DNA from: Mycobacterium sp.
GTDB taxonomy: Bacteria; Actinomycetota; Actinomycetes; Mycobacteriales; Mycobacteriaceae
Reading direction: 5' to 3'
Assembly: GCA_036390735.1 (NCBI GenBank)
Contig: DASWBF010000091.1
Span: forward strand, 1-59,228
DNA: 59,228 bases
In this document: in pieces, positions 20,057-29,936 of the stretch
How the letters are laid out: every line of letters starts with the position of its first letter
Numbering within the stretch: the stretch's first letter is position 1
Translations under genes and position numbers: made by a program
The notes under the pieces: model-generated
Told to the model about the DNA's origin: nothing
Databases searched by the model: none
The model's input: only the letters and a program-made list of their open reading frames with translations

Positions 20057-22048
20057 ATGGTTCTGAGCGCCGAGCCTGCCGAACAGACACCCGAGGCACC
20101 GTTTTCTGCCACCAGCCCGGTGCCGTACATCCAGACGAGCTCGACGCGCAACCCGTTCCCGCCGATCGCCGACTACGGTTTTTTGTCGGACTGCGAGAAC
20201 ACGTGCCTGATCAGCTCCAGCGGCTCGGTCGAATGGCTGTGCGTGCCGCGGCCGGATTCCCCCAGCGTGTTCGGCGCGATCCTGGACCGGGCGGCGGGCC
20301 ATTTCCGGTTGGGGCCCTATGGCGTGTCGGTGCCTGCCGCGCGCCGCTACCTGCCGGGCAGCCTGATCATGGAGACCACCTGGCAGACGCACACCGGCTG
20401 GGTGATCGTGCGCGACGCGCTCGTGATGGGTCCCTGGCACGACCTCGAAACGCGCTCGCGGACGCACCGTCGCACCCCGATGGACTGGGACGCCGAGCAC
20501 ATCATGCTGCGCACGGTGCGCTGCGTCAGCGGCACCGTCGAGATGGTGCTGAATTGTGAGCCGTCGTTCGACTACCACCGCATCAGCGCCACCTGGGAGT
20601 ACTCGGGCCCCGCGTACGGAGAGGCGATCGCGCGGGCGAAGCGGGACCCCGATTCGCATCCTCAGCTGAAGCTGACCACCAACCTGCGGATCGGCTTGGA
20701 GGGCCGCGAAGCGCGGGCCCGGACACGGCTCAAGGAAGGCGACAACGTCTTCGTCGCGCTGAGCTGGTCCAAGCACCCCGCGCCGCAGACTTACGAAGAG
20801 GCCGCCGACAAGATGTGGAAGACCAGCGAATGCTGGCGGCAGTGGATCAACATCGGCGATTTCCCGGACCACCCGTGGCGGTCGTTCCTTCAGCGCAGCG
20901 CGTTGACGCTCAAGGGGTTGACGTACTCACCCACCGGCGCACTGCTGGCCGCGGCCACCACGTCGCTGCCGGAAACGCCTCACGGAGAACGTAACTGGGA
21001 CTACCGCTACGCGTGGGTGCGCGACTCCACGTTCGCCCTGTGGGGGCTTTACACCTTGGGCCTCGACCGCGAGGCCGACGACTTTTTCTCGTTCATCGCC
21101 GACGTCTCCGGTGCCAACAACGGGGAACGCCATCCGCTGCGGGTGATGTACGCGGTCGGCGGGGAGCGCACGTTGGTCGAAGAGGAGCTGCACCACCTGT
21201 CCGGCTATGACGGCGCCCGGCCGGTGCGGATCGGCAATGGTGCGTACAACCAACGCCAGCATGACATTTGGGGCACGATGCTGGATTCGGTTTATCTGCA
21301 CGCCAAGTCACGCGAGCAGATTCCCGAGTCACTGTGGCCGGTGCTGAAAAACCAAGTCGAAGAGGCGATCAAGCACTGGCGCGAGCCTGACCGCGGCATC
21401 TGGGAGGTCCGCGGAGAGCCGCAGCACTTCACGTCGTCGAAGGTGATGTGCTGGGTGGCGCTGGATCGCGGCGCCAAGCTCGCAGAACTGCAGGGCGAGA
21501 AGAGCTATGCCCAGCAGTGGCGGGCGATCGCCGAGGAGATCAAGGCCGACGTGCTGAAGCACGGCGTCGATTCGCGCGGGGTGCTGACCCAGCGCTACGG
21601 CTCGGACGCGCTGGACGCGTCGTTGCTTCTGGTGGTGCTCACCCGCTTCCTGCCGCCCGACGACCCGCGGGTACGCAACACAGTGCTCGCGATCGCCGAC
21701 GAGCTGACCCAGGACGGGCTGGTATTGCGCTATCGGGTCGAAGAAACCGACGACGGCCTCTCTGGCGAGGAGGGCACCTTCACGATCTGTTCGTTCTGGC
21801 TGGTGTCTGCGCTGGTGGAGATCGGCGAAGTCAGCCGCGCGAAGCATCTGTGCGAACGGCTGCTGTCGTTCGCCAGCCCGCTGCACCTGTACGCCGAAGA
21901 GATCGAGCCGCGCACCGGGCGGCACCTGGGCAACTTCCCGCAGGCGTTCACCCACCTGGCATTGATCAACGCAGTGGTGCACGTGATCCGTGCCGAAGAC
22001 GAGGGCGACAGCGCCGGGGTGTTCGTCCCGGCGAACGCCCCGATGTAG
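20057..22048 (+). CDS. Glycoside hydrolase family 15 trehalase (Rv2402-like)
   Basis: RNWDYRYAWVRD, GIWEVR, LYAEE and GNFPQAFTH. Confidence 0.93.
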   Translation: MVLSAEPAEQTPEAPFSATSPVPYIQTSSTRNPFPPIADYGFLSDCENTCLISSSGSVEWLCVPRPDSPSVFGAILDRAAGHFRLGPYGVSVPAARRYLPGSLIMETTWQTHTGWVIVRDALVMGPWHDLETRSRTHRRTPMDWDAEHIMLRTVRCVSGTVEMVLNCEPSFDYHRISATWEYSGPAYGEAIARAKRDPDSHPQLKLTTNLRIGLEGREARARTRLKEGDNVFVALSWSKHPAPQTYEEAADKMWKTSECWRQWINIGDFPDHPWRSFLQRSALTLKGLTYSPTGALLAAATTSLPETPHGERNWDYRYAWVRDSTFALWGLYTLGLDREADDFFSFIADVSGANNGERHPLRVMYAVGGERTLVEEELHHLSGYDGARPVRIGNGAYNQRQHDIWGTMLDSVYLHAKSREQIPESLWPVLKNQVEEAIKHWREPDRGIWEVRGEPQHFTSSKVMCWVALDRGAKLAELQGEKSYAQQWRAIAEEIKADVLKHGVDSRGVLTQRYGSDALDASLLLVVLTRFLPPDDPRVRNTVLAIADELTQDGLVLRYRVEETDDGLSGEEGTFTICSFWLVSALVEIGEVSRAKHLCERLLSFASPLHLYAEEIEPRTGRHLGNFPQAFTHLALINAVVHVIRAEDEGDSAGVFVPANAPM

Positions 22049-22050
22049 CG

Positions 22051-22761
22051 CTACTTGGCGCTGGCGTTCTTGACGATTTGCTCCACGACCTGCCGGCCCT
22101 CGTCGCCGACGCCGTTAGCGCACGCGACTCCCTCGACGATGATGTTGGACACTGTGCCCATTGCGTGCTGACAGCCCCAGTTGTTGCTGTCCTGCTGGTC
22201 CATGTCCATAGACATCATCGTCTCGCTGGGCTCTTGGAGTCGCCCGAAGTCCCAGTTGTACGAGGTGTCACTTCCCTCGGTAGTCGCGGAGCTCTGCTGG
22301 CACTTCTTCCATTCGTCGCGTGACTTGTCGAGGAAGTTGGCCGCCTTGTCTGCGTTCGCAAACAGCACCACGGTCTGCTCCACCCAGTGCTTCTTGTTGT
22401 CGCCGGGTTCGCGGATGATCTGGTCGCGCACCGCCTTCCACCCGCTCTTGTCGTAGATCTGCTGTTCAGCGGAATAGAAGACACCCAGACACTCGGACTT
22501 GTCGATGCTGTCGGAGTTGTCCGCGAGATCTTCAGACGAGCTACTGAGTTGCAGGTCGGAGCTGCCTACAATCGAGCCGACGTCATCGATGCTGAGCAGG
22601 ATTTGGTCGAGCCCCGACTCCGCCAACGGCGGCACGTTAGAACCTGCCGGCCCCGGCCCCTTGACTGCTGTACCACCGATGGACTGCGTACACCCAGACA
22701 GCACGATGCCAGCAGCCGCGACGATCGCACAGACCCGCGGCAGCGCCGCAAAGTTGCTCAT
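22051..22761 (-). CDS. PknH-like sensor-domain lipoprotein (LppR-like)
   Basis: Lipobox LSGC; four-Cys pattern typical of the PknH_C domain. Confidence 0.85.
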   Translation of the reverse strand: MSNFAALPRVCAIVAAAGIVLSGCTQSIGGTAVKGPGPAGSNVPPLAESGLDQILLSIDDVGSIVGSSDLQLSSSSEDLADNSDSIDKSECLGVFYSAEQQIYDKSGWKAVRDQIIREPGDNKKHWVEQTVVLFANADKAANFLDKSRDEWKKCQQSSATTEGSDTSYNWDFGRLQEPSETMMSMDMDQQDSNNWGCQHAMGTVSNIIVEGVACANGVGDEGRQVVEQIVKNASAK

Positions 22762-22803
22762 GCATCATTGTTACCCGACTCGGGCCGACACGGGGCGCCA
22801 TCG

Positions 22804-24645
22804 TCATTTCTTCGGTTTGTCACCGCCGGCGTCAGTGGACAGCGCGGCGACGAACGCCTCCTGCGGAACGTCGACGCGCCCGATCGTCTTCATCCGCTTC
22901 TTGCCCTCTTTTTGCTTCTCGAGCAACTTGCGCTTGCGGGTGATATCGCCGCCGTAGCACTTGCTCAGCACGTCCTTGCGCAACGCGCGAATGTTCTCGC
23001 GCGCAATGATTTTCGAGCCGATGGCGGCCTGCACCGGCACCTCGAACTGCTGCCGCGGAATCAGCTCCTTGAGCTTGCCGGTCATCTTCCGACCGTACTC
23101 GGCGGCGGCGTCGCGGTGCACGATCGCGCTGAACGCGTCCACCGGCTCGCCCTGCAGCAGGATGTCGACCTTCACCAGCTCGGCCTCCTGTTCGCCGGCC
23201 TCCTCGTAATCGAGGCTCGCGTAGCCCCGGGTGCGCGATTTCAGCGCGTCGAAGAAGTCGAAGATGATCTCGCCCAGCGGCATCGTGTAGCGCAGCTCGA
23301 CCCGCTCAGGTGACAGATAGTCCATACCCCCCAGCTCGCCGCGGCGGGACTGGCACAGCTCCATGATCGTGCCGATGAACTCACTCGGCGAGATGATCGT
23401 GGTCTTGACGACCGGCTCGTAGACGGTGCGGATCTTGCCCGACGGCCAGTCCGACGGGTTGGTCACGATCTTCTCGGAATCGTCCTCAAGAACTACCCGA
23501 TACACGACGTTCGGCGACGTGGAGATCAGGTCGAGGTCGAACTCGCGCTCCAGCCGTTCGCGGCTGATCTCCATGTGCAGCAGGCCCAAAAAGCCGCAGC
23601 GGAAACCGAATCCGAGCGCCACCGACGTTTCCGGTTCGTAGGTGAGCGCGGCGTCGTTGAGCTGCAACCGGTCCAACGCGTCACGCAGATCGGGGTAGTC
23701 GGAGCCGTCGACCGGATACAGCCCCGAATACACCATCGGCTTGGGCTCGCGGTAGCCGGTCAGGGCGTCGGTGGCGCCGCGGCGCGCGGTGGTCACGGTG
23801 TCGCCGACCTTGGATTGGCGGACGTCCTTCACCCCGGTGATCAGGTAGCCGACTTCGCCGACGCCGAGGCCGTCGGCCGGTTTCGGCTCGGGGGAGACAA
23901 TGCCGACCTCGAGCAGTTCGTGGGTGGCACCGGTGGACATCATCTTGATCCGCTCGCGCGGGACGATCTTGCCGTCGATGACGCGCACATAGGTGACCAC
24001 CCCGCGATAGGTGTCGTAGACGGAGTCGAAGATCATCGCCCGCGTCGGCGCGTCCGAGTCTCCGGTCGGCGGCGGCACCTCACGCACCACGTGGTCGAGC
24101 AGCTCAGCGACGCCGTCACCGGTCTTGCCCGAGACACGCAGCACGTCGCCGGGCTCGCAGCCGATGATGTGGGCGATCTCGGCGGCATAGCGGTCGGGGT
24201 CGGCGGCCGGCAGGTCGATCTTGTTGAGCACCGGGATGATGACGAGGTCGCGGTCCAGCGCCAGGTAGAGGTTAGCCAGCGTCTGCGCCTCGATGCCCTG
24301 GGCCGCGTCGACCAGCAGGACCGCGCCCTCACATGCCTCCAGCGCGCGCGACACCTCGTAGGTGAAGTCGACATGCCCCGGCGTGTCGATCAGGTGCAAC
24401 ACGTAGTCCTGGTCACCCACGGTCCACGGGAGCCGGACGTTCTGCGCCTTGATCGTGATGCCGCGTTCCCGCTCGATGTCCATCCGGTCCAGGTACTGCG
24501 CGCGCATCGAACGTTCGTCAACCACACCGGTGAGCTGCAGCATCCGGTCGGCCAGCGTCGACTTCCCGTGGTCGATGTGGGCGATGATGGAGAAGTTCCG
24601 AATCTGCGCCGGCGCGGTGAACGTCTGGTCGGCGAAGTTGCTGAT
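22804..24645 (-). CDS. lepA: Translation elongation factor 4 LepA
   Basis: [27 protein letters not shown] and [14 protein letters not shown]; start uncertain (ATC 24645 proposed, TTG 24669 alternative). Confidence 0.98.
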   Translation of the reverse strand: MSNFADQTFTAPAQIRNFSIIAHIDHGKSTLADRMLQLTGVVDERSMRAQYLDRMDIERERGITIKAQNVRLPWTVGDQDYVLHLIDTPGHVDFTYEVSRALEACEGAVLLVDAAQGIEAQTLANLYLALDRDLVIIPVLNKIDLPAADPDRYAAEIAHIIGCEPGDVLRVSGKTGDGVAELLDHVVREVPPPTGDSDAPTRAMIFDSVYDTYRGVVTYVRVIDGKIVPRERIKMMSTGATHELLEVGIVSPEPKPADGLGVGEVGYLITGVKDVRQSKVGDTVTTARRGATDALTGYREPKPMVYSGLYPVDGSDYPDLRDALDRLQLNDAALTYEPETSVALGFGFRCGFLGLLHMEISRERLEREFDLDLISTSPNVVYRVVLEDDSEKIVTNPSDWPSGKIRTVYEPVVKTTIISPSEFIGTIMELCQSRRGELGGMDYLSPERVELRYTMPLGEIIFDFFDALKSRTRGYASLDYEEAGEQEAELVKVDILLQGEPVDAFSAIVHRDAAAEYGRKMTGKLKELIPRQQFEVPVQAAIGSKIIARENIRALRKDVLSKCYGGDITRKRKLLEKQKEGKKRMKTIGRVDVPQEAFVAALSTDAGGDKPKK

Positions 24646-24713
24646 GGGAATCTCCTGGTGAGGCGGCAATGGGCTCAGTTCCAGGGTATCGCTGCCTCGC
24701 TATGCTCGATTTC

Positions 24714-25274
24714 ATGGCGTCGCCTTGGAAAACACTCCAGCGGCGGTTGGGCAAGGCCGCCGAGAATTTGGTGTTCAACGAGGGCCCCAAGTTCATCTCC
24801 CAGGGCATCCGTCTCGGACTGGAGGCGATCATTCGCGGGCCCGAGCCCGCACGAGAGATCACCGCCGGCCGTCCGGTGACCAAGAACAGCGTGCCGACCG
24901 CGTACCGGGCCCGCACGATCGTCTACTCCCCCGATCTCGACGGCCGCGCCGACCCGGGCGAGATCGTGTGGACGTGGGTGGTTTACGAGGATGACCCGTC
25001 GAAGGGCAAGGACCGCCCGGTGCTCGTCGTCGGCCGCGACCGCAGCATGCTGCTGGGGCTGATGCTGTCCAGCCAAGGCCACCACGCCGACGACCCGAAC
25101 TGGGTCGGCATCGGGGCCGGGAGCTGGGACTACGACGGCCGCGCGAGCTGGGTGCGGCTGGACAGGGTGCTCGACGTCCCCGAGGAGGGCATCCGCCGGG
25201 AAGGCGCGATCCTGGGGCATGAGAAGTTCGAGATCGTGGCGGCCCGGCTGCGCGCCGAATACTCCTGGAGCTAG
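24714..25274 (+). CDS. PemK/MazF-like fold protein (Rv2405-like)
   Basis: PGEIVW...KDRPVLVV motif; -10 TATGCT 7 nt before ATG 24714 (leaderless). Confidence 0.85.
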   Translation: MASPWKTLQRRLGKAAENLVFNEGPKFISQGIRLGLEAIIRGPEPAREITAGRPVTKNSVPTAYRARTIVYSPDLDGRADPGEIVWTWVVYEDDPSKGKDRPVLVVGRDRSMLLGLMLSSQGHHADDPNWVGIGAGSWDYDGRASWVRLDRVLDVPEEGIRREGAILGHEKFEIVAARLRAEYSWS

Positions 25275-25279
25275 AGCTG

Positions 25280-25341
25280 CGCCGTACGTGAGCTGGCTGC
25301 GAAAAGATCGCGAAAATTTCGCAGCGGGCGCACGTTCGCGG
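25280..25341. repeat. ~62 bp palindromic (REP-like) element
   Basis: cgccgtacgtgagctggctgcgaaaa...tttcgcagcgggcgcacgttcgcgg; homologous to 458-519. Confidence 0.8.
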
Positions 25342-25344
25342 AGG

Positions 25345-25482
25345 CGGAACCAGGTCCGGCTTCGTCGCCTCCAGATATGCCGGCGCATGTTCGGCGTCGC
25401 AGCGGTCCAGTCGCGACCGCATCAGCGCCTGGCCGAGGCCCGCGCCGCGGACGGCCGGGTCGGTGCCGATGACCATCAGGTC
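25345..25482 (-). pseudogene. GNAT acetyltransferase, C-terminal fragment
   Basis: LMVIGTDPAVRGAGLGQALMRSRLDRCDAEHAPAYLEATKPDLVP (acetyl-CoA motif A), truncated at both ends. Confidence 0.8.
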
Positions 25483-25799
25483 TGGGCGGCCGTTACGCCG
25501 AGGACACCCTGTTGCACGAGATGGTCCATGTCGCATTGTTCGCACGCGATATCGGCAACTTCGATGGGCAGAGGCACCACAACACAGACGTGTGGTGCGA
25601 GGAGATCATCCGGATCACGCCGCAACTGGGCCTGCCGCCGATCAAGGCCGCCCCGGTGAAGCCGCGCCGCATAGACGGCAAGGTGGCACGCCGTGCACTC
25701 GAGGGCCACATATCGCGCGATGACATGGCCCATTGGCCGCACTCGCTGCGGCCGGCCGGTTTCTACAACCGCGAGGGCCGCATCCACGTCCCGATCTGA
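25483..25799 (+). pseudogene. 5'-truncated HExxH (SprT-like) metalloprotease fragment
   Basis: GRYAEDTLLHEMVHVALF...HHNTDVWCEEI; no upstream start or N-terminal half. Confidence 0.55.
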
Positions 25800-26001
25800 T
25801 CCTTGAGTGCGGTGCTCTATTTTCGGTCGCTCAGATCGCCTTAGACGCACCAACAGCCACCCCCGCGGGTGATCCCCGGGTGTTCTGCTGGTCAGGAAAT
25901 GTCGGCCGATGGCTTCGGTGAATGAGCTGTGCGGCCAGCGCACGTTTGCCAAGATGAACTGAGGCGCAGTGTCAACTTTGGCCCCAGCGTGAGGAGTCAT
26001 C

Positions 26002-26337
26002 ATGATGTTCACCCGCCACGACATCACCAAGCTCGTCGGCACAGCGATAGCGGCAGCCGCCCTGGGTCTGACCACCGCCGGCAGCGCCGCCGCCGACTCG
26101 ACCGATGACGCATTCCTCCACAGGGTCGCCGCCGACGGCCTCATGTTCTCCCTTCAGGAAGCCGTTATCCAGAGGGCCCACGTGGTCTGCGAGGCGTTCT
26201 CCACCGGCGCGTCGCCGGCGAGCGTTCACGCGACCATGCTCAACAACTCGGCAATGAGTCCGCGCCAGACCGCGCTTTTCATGGCCGACGCGGTCCAGGC
26301 CTACTGCCCCAAGTACGCCGACCTGCTCTTCAGCTAG
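26002..26337 (+). CDS. DUF732 family secreted protein
   Basis: Signal peptide AAA-D, DDAFL, VC and AYCPKY; GAGGAG SD. Confidence 0.88.
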   Translation: MMFTRHDITKLVGTAIAAAALGLTTAGSAAADSTDDAFLHRVAADGLMFSLQEAVIQRAHVVCEAFSTGASPASVHATMLNNSAMSPRQTALFMADAVQAYCPKYADLLFS

Positions 26338-26429
26338 GTCGAGCTGGTCGCTGTAGTCGCCGATCAGCGCGCAGGGCCGAGCGTGCCGTCAGCATTGCCC
26401 AATCACGCGCTACCCGGCGTCGGGCGACC

Positions 26430-26581
26430 CACCGTCGCGAACATCCGCGGCAGCGCTCTGGCGCGGGTGGCGCGTCGGGCAGCATCCACGACATCACCGG
26501 GTCGTCGTGAAATGCCACGGCCAGAACAGCTGATGACCTGCGGACGTCGGCCTTGTTCGCGGGCCGTGCGCCGATGGTCAT
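26430..26581 (-). pseudogene. GNAT acetyltransferase, N-terminal fragment (frameshifted)
   Basis: MTIGARPANKADVRRSSAVLAVAFHDDPVMSWMLPDA, then ATRARALPRMFATV in another frame; ATG overlaps the CBS stop. Confidence 0.75.
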
Positions 26582-27006
26582 CCGCGGGTGATGTAGGTCT
26601 GCAGCTGCTCCCGTTCAGCACCCAGTTCATCCATGCGGGTCTTGACCACGTCGCCGGTGCTGACGATTCCGGCCAGCTTGCCGTCTTGGATCACTGGCAC
26701 GTAGCGCACCCGGTTCTCGGTCATCAACCCGCTGAGGAGGTCGACCGCGTCCCTAGGTGTACAGGTCACCGCCACAACCGTCATGATCGCCGACACGGGC
26801 TGCGCGAGAAGGTCGGCGCCGTGCTCGTTGAGCTTGCGCACGATGTCGCGCTCCGACACGATGCCGACCACGGCGTCGGAGTCGACGACGACCATGGCAC
26901 CGATGTTCTGCTGCGCCAGCCCGGCCAGCAGTTCGGTGACCGTTACGTGCGGCTCGACAGTGGCCACCGCTGAGCCCTTGTTCCGCAGCACATCCGCGAT
27001 CCGCAT
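26578..27006 (-). CDS. CBS-domain protein (Rv2406c-like)
   Basis: MRIADVLRNKG, GIVSERDIVR and GIVSTGDVVK. Confidence 0.93.
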   Translation of the reverse strand: MRIADVLRNKGSAVATVEPHVTVTELLAGLAQQNIGAMVVVDSDAVVGIVSERDIVRKLNEHGADLLAQPVSAIMTVVAVTCTPRDAVDLLSGLMTENRVRYVPVIQDGKLAGIVSTGDVVKTRMDELGAEREQLQTYITRG

Positions 27007-27115
27007 CGCCGCCTCCGCCTGTTCGTGACCTGGTTGACACCAGGCTATGACCAATCGTGGCGGCGCGAAAGCAAAAGCCTCGACTTCGTAACGCCCGTAT
27101 GACATACCTGAGGAC

Positions 27116-27952
27116 ATGATCGAGGTCATCCTGCTCGGCACCGGTAGTCCCATTCCGGATCCGCAGCGAGCAGGGCCCTCGACCCTCGTCCGCGCGGGAA
27201 GCCAGACGCTGCTCGTGGACTGCGGTCGCGGGGTGTTGCAACGGGCCGCGGCGGTCGGCGTCGGCGCGAACGCGCTGAGCGCACTGCTGCTCACCCATCT
27301 GCACAGCGACCACATCGCCGACCTCGGCGACGTGCTGATCACCCGCTGGGTCACAACGTTCACGCCCAATCCGTCGCCGCTGCCGATCATTGGGCCGCCG
27401 GGGACCGCGAGTGTCGTCGACGCGATGCTCGACGCGTTCGGCCCGGACATCGGATACCGCATCGCCCACCACGCGGACCTGACCGCACCGCCCGCGGTCG
27501 AAGTCGAGGAGACCACCCAGGGCGAGGTGTGGGCCCGCGATGGGGTGCGAATAACGGTGGCGCCCACCGACCACCGGCCGGTGGCGCCGACGATCGCGTT
27601 CCGGATCGAGTCCGGCGGCGCGTCGGTGGTGCTGGCGGGCGACACCGTGCCGTGCGACAGCCTCGACGAGTTGGCCGCGGGCGCGAATGCACTGGTGCAC
27701 ACGGTGATTCGAAAAGACTTGGTGGAGTCGTTGCCGCAGCAGCGGGCCCGCGACATCTGCGATTACCACTCGTCGGTCGAGGAGGCGGCGGCGACCGCCG
27801 CGCGCGCCGGGGTCGACACGCTGGTGCTGACACACTGTGTGCCCGCGGTCGCTCCCGGGCAAGAAGACGAGTGGCGGGCAAGGGCGGCATCGGCGTTCGG
27901 CGGCCGCGTCGAACTGGGTCCCGACCTACACCGCGTCGAAGTGGGCGCTTAG
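27116..27952 (+). CDS. RNase Z-like metallo-beta-lactamase (Rv2407-like)
   Basis: LLGTG, THLHSDH, GDT, YHSS and LTH. Confidence 0.92.
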   Translation: MIEVILLGTGSPIPDPQRAGPSTLVRAGSQTLLVDCGRGVLQRAAAVGVGANALSALLLTHLHSDHIADLGDVLITRWVTTFTPNPSPLPIIGPPGTASVVDAMLDAFGPDIGYRIAHHADLTAPPAVEVEETTQGEVWARDGVRITVAPTDHRPVAPTIAFRIESGGASVVLAGDTVPCDSLDELAAGANALVHTVIRKDLVESLPQQRARDICDYHSSVEEAAATAARAGVDTLVLTHCVPAVAPGQEDEWRARAASAFGGRVELGPDLHRVEVGA

Positions 27953-27990
27953 GCCGCACCGCCGGCTGAAACCATCGCACATCGGGTTAC

Positions 27991-28052
27991 ACCGAAATCT
28001 GCACGAGGGTCGCAATCCGGCGAAAACCACAGCCCTGGTGCAGAGCTCGCGG
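27991..28052. repeat. ~62 bp palindromic (REP-like) element
   Basis: tctgcacgaggg / ccctggtgcaga inverted repeat; homologous to 39730-39792; lies between convergent genes. Confidence 0.75.
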
Positions 28053-28070
28053 CGAGGCGCTGAGCCGCGC

Positions 28071-28910
28071 CTAGGCCAGCCTGGTGATTTCGACCACCAC
28101 GTCGAGATCGGTTGAACCGCCGCCGGAATAGATGCCTTTGAGGGGGCTGACGTCGGCGTAGTCCCGCCCGAGGCCGACAGTGACGTACTGCTCGTTGATC
28201 TCTTTGTCGTTCGTCGGGTCGAAGTTCCACCAGCCGCCGGTCCACGCCTGAATCCAGGCGTGGCTCTGCCCGTCGACCGTCTCGCCGACGGTCGCCTTGC
28301 GGTGCGGATGAAGGTAGCCGGAGACGTACCGCGACGGAATTCCCATGCTGCGCAACAACACCAGTGTCAGGTGCGCGAAGTCCTGGCAGACGCCTTTGCC
28401 TTCGCGCAGCGCGTCGAGGGCTGACGAATGCACGCCGGTGGTTCCGGCGACGTAATCGAGTTCGCTTTGCACCCACCCCGACGCGGCGATCACCGCGTCG
28501 TAAGGGTCGTAGTCCCTGACGATCCGTTCGCCGACCCGGCCAAGCCGTCGGCTGTGCGGGGTGTAATGGGTGGGGGTGAGCACCTCGTCGAACCGGTCGA
28601 TTACCGCCTCGGTGTTCAGTTCGTCCCAGGTCACCTTCTCCGACGGCGGCTCGGGTTTGTCAGTCTCGACGACGGAGGATGCGGTGACCTCCAACTCGGT
28701 GTGCGGCGCGTGCAGGTCGAACGCGGTGACCGCGGTGCCCCAGTAGTCGATGTAGCGGTACGACCTTGTCGCGGGCACGGTTTCGACCCGGCTCAGGATG
28801 ACGTTCTGCCGGTTGTCCGACCGCGGGGTCAGCCGCGCCTCGTTGAACGACGAGGTGGCCGGCGACTTGTACGCGTAACCGGTCGAGTGCACCACCCGAA
28901 GCCGCCACAT
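28071..28910 (-). CDS. Transglutaminase-like protein (Rv2409c-like)
   Basis: GVCQDFAH, SHAW and FDPTN catalytic triad; GRDYADV. Confidence 0.95.
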   Translation of the reverse strand: MWRLRVVHSTGYAYKSPATSSFNEARLTPRSDNRQNVILSRVETVPATRSYRYIDYWGTAVTAFDLHAPHTELEVTASSVVETDKPEPPSEKVTWDELNTEAVIDRFDEVLTPTHYTPHSRRLGRVGERIVRDYDPYDAVIAASGWVQSELDYVAGTTGVHSSALDALREGKGVCQDFAHLTLVLLRSMGIPSRYVSGYLHPHRKATVGETVDGQSHAWIQAWTGGWWNFDPTNDKEINEQYVTVGLGRDYADVSPLKGIYSGGGSTDLDVVVEITRLA

Positions 28911-28940
28911 CAGCTGTCTCTCTTCGCGCAAGCGCTCATC
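28910..28940 (-). repeat. MIRU-like element encoding mini-ORF MSACAKRDS
   Basis: atgagcgcttgcgcgaagagagacagctgATG; its TGA overlaps the transglutaminase ATG. Confidence 0.8.
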
Positions 28941-28941
28941 G

Positions 28942-29919
28942 CTAGATCTCCCCTTCCTCTATCACCAGCGAGCCGTTGCGACCGGCGTCGCTCCACGCCA
29001 CCCACGGGGCGGAGTGGAAGTACTGTTGCGCCAACGCTCCTCCCAGTTCGCGGCATGTCTGCTGGATTGCACCCAGGCGTTCCTCCAATGACTCCAGCAA
29101 GACTCCCGGCCGCAGGAACTCCAATTCGCTGCGGGCTCGGCCCAGCAGCCGTTGCGCTTCGGCTGTCGCGCCGACGCGGCTGTGCGGTCGATGGTCGAGT
29201 TCGTCGAGGCTGTGCTCGGCCAGCCGCAGCGAGTAGAACACCGACCGCGGGAAAAGCCGGTCCAGCAGCATGAATTCGACCACGCGGGTGGCGTCGAGCA
29301 CGCCCCGGTAGGTCCGCAGGTAGGTGTCGTGCGCGCCGGCCGACCGCAGCAGCGTCACCCACGCCGGCGACGACGCGCTGTCCCCTACCCGGGACAGCAA
29401 CAGCCGCACAGTCATGTCGACCCGTTCGATCGCCCTGCCCAGCACCATGAACCGATAGCCGTCGTCGCGGGACAGTGTGGAGTCGGCCAACCCCGCGAAC
29501 ATTGCGGCACGACCCTCGATGTAGGAGAAAAACTCATGTGGGCCAAGGCGTTTGGCGGCGCGTTCACGTTCGGGCAGCGCGTTGTAGGTGGTGTTCAGGC
29601 ACTCCCACAGCTCCGTCGACGTCACTTCGCGGGCGGAACGTGCGTTCTCACGCGCGGCAGAGATCGCGTCGACGATCGAGCAGCCGTCCTCCAGGCCGCG
29701 GGTGAACGCGACCAGATCGGTCAGCGACCACACGTTGAGCGGCGAATTGGGCGGGGCGACGCCCAAGACCCGCAACAGCACACGTGACGTGTGGTCGGGG
29801 TCGACGCTGGAGTCCTCGAGCAGCTGGTGCACGGTCACGTCCAGGATGCGCGCGGTGTCGTCGGCGCGTTCGACGTAGCGACCGATCCAGTACAGCGCCT
29901 CGGCGTTGCGGGCCAACAT
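28942..29919 (-). CDS. Alpha-E domain protein (DUF403, Rv2410c-like)
   Basis: LYWIGRYVERA and LGRAIERVD (paired ER motifs); LFPRS. Confidence 0.95.
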   Translation of the reverse strand: MLARNAEALYWIGRYVERADDTARILDVTVHQLLEDSSVDPDHTSRVLLRVLGVAPPNSPLNVWSLTDLVAFTRGLEDGCSIVDAISAARENARSAREVTSTELWECLNTTYNALPERERAAKRLGPHEFFSYIEGRAAMFAGLADSTLSRDDGYRFMVLGRAIERVDMTVRLLLSRVGDSASSPAWVTLLRSAGAHDTYLRTYRGVLDATRVVEFMLLDRLFPRSVFYSLRLAEHSLDELDHRPHSRVGATAEAQRLLGRARSELEFLRPGVLLESLEERLGAIQQTCRELGGALAQQYFHSAPWVAWSDAGRNGSLVIEEGEI

Positions 29920-29936
29920 CAGTTGTTCACCTCCCG

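Noticed and set aside
25802-25822. CTTGAGT as an HspR (HAIR) operator
   Set aside because: Only one half-site; the ACTCAAG arm is absent at the required spacing.
25483-26430. Prophage or genomic island call for the insert
   Set aside because: Under 1 kb, with no integrase, att site or structural genes.
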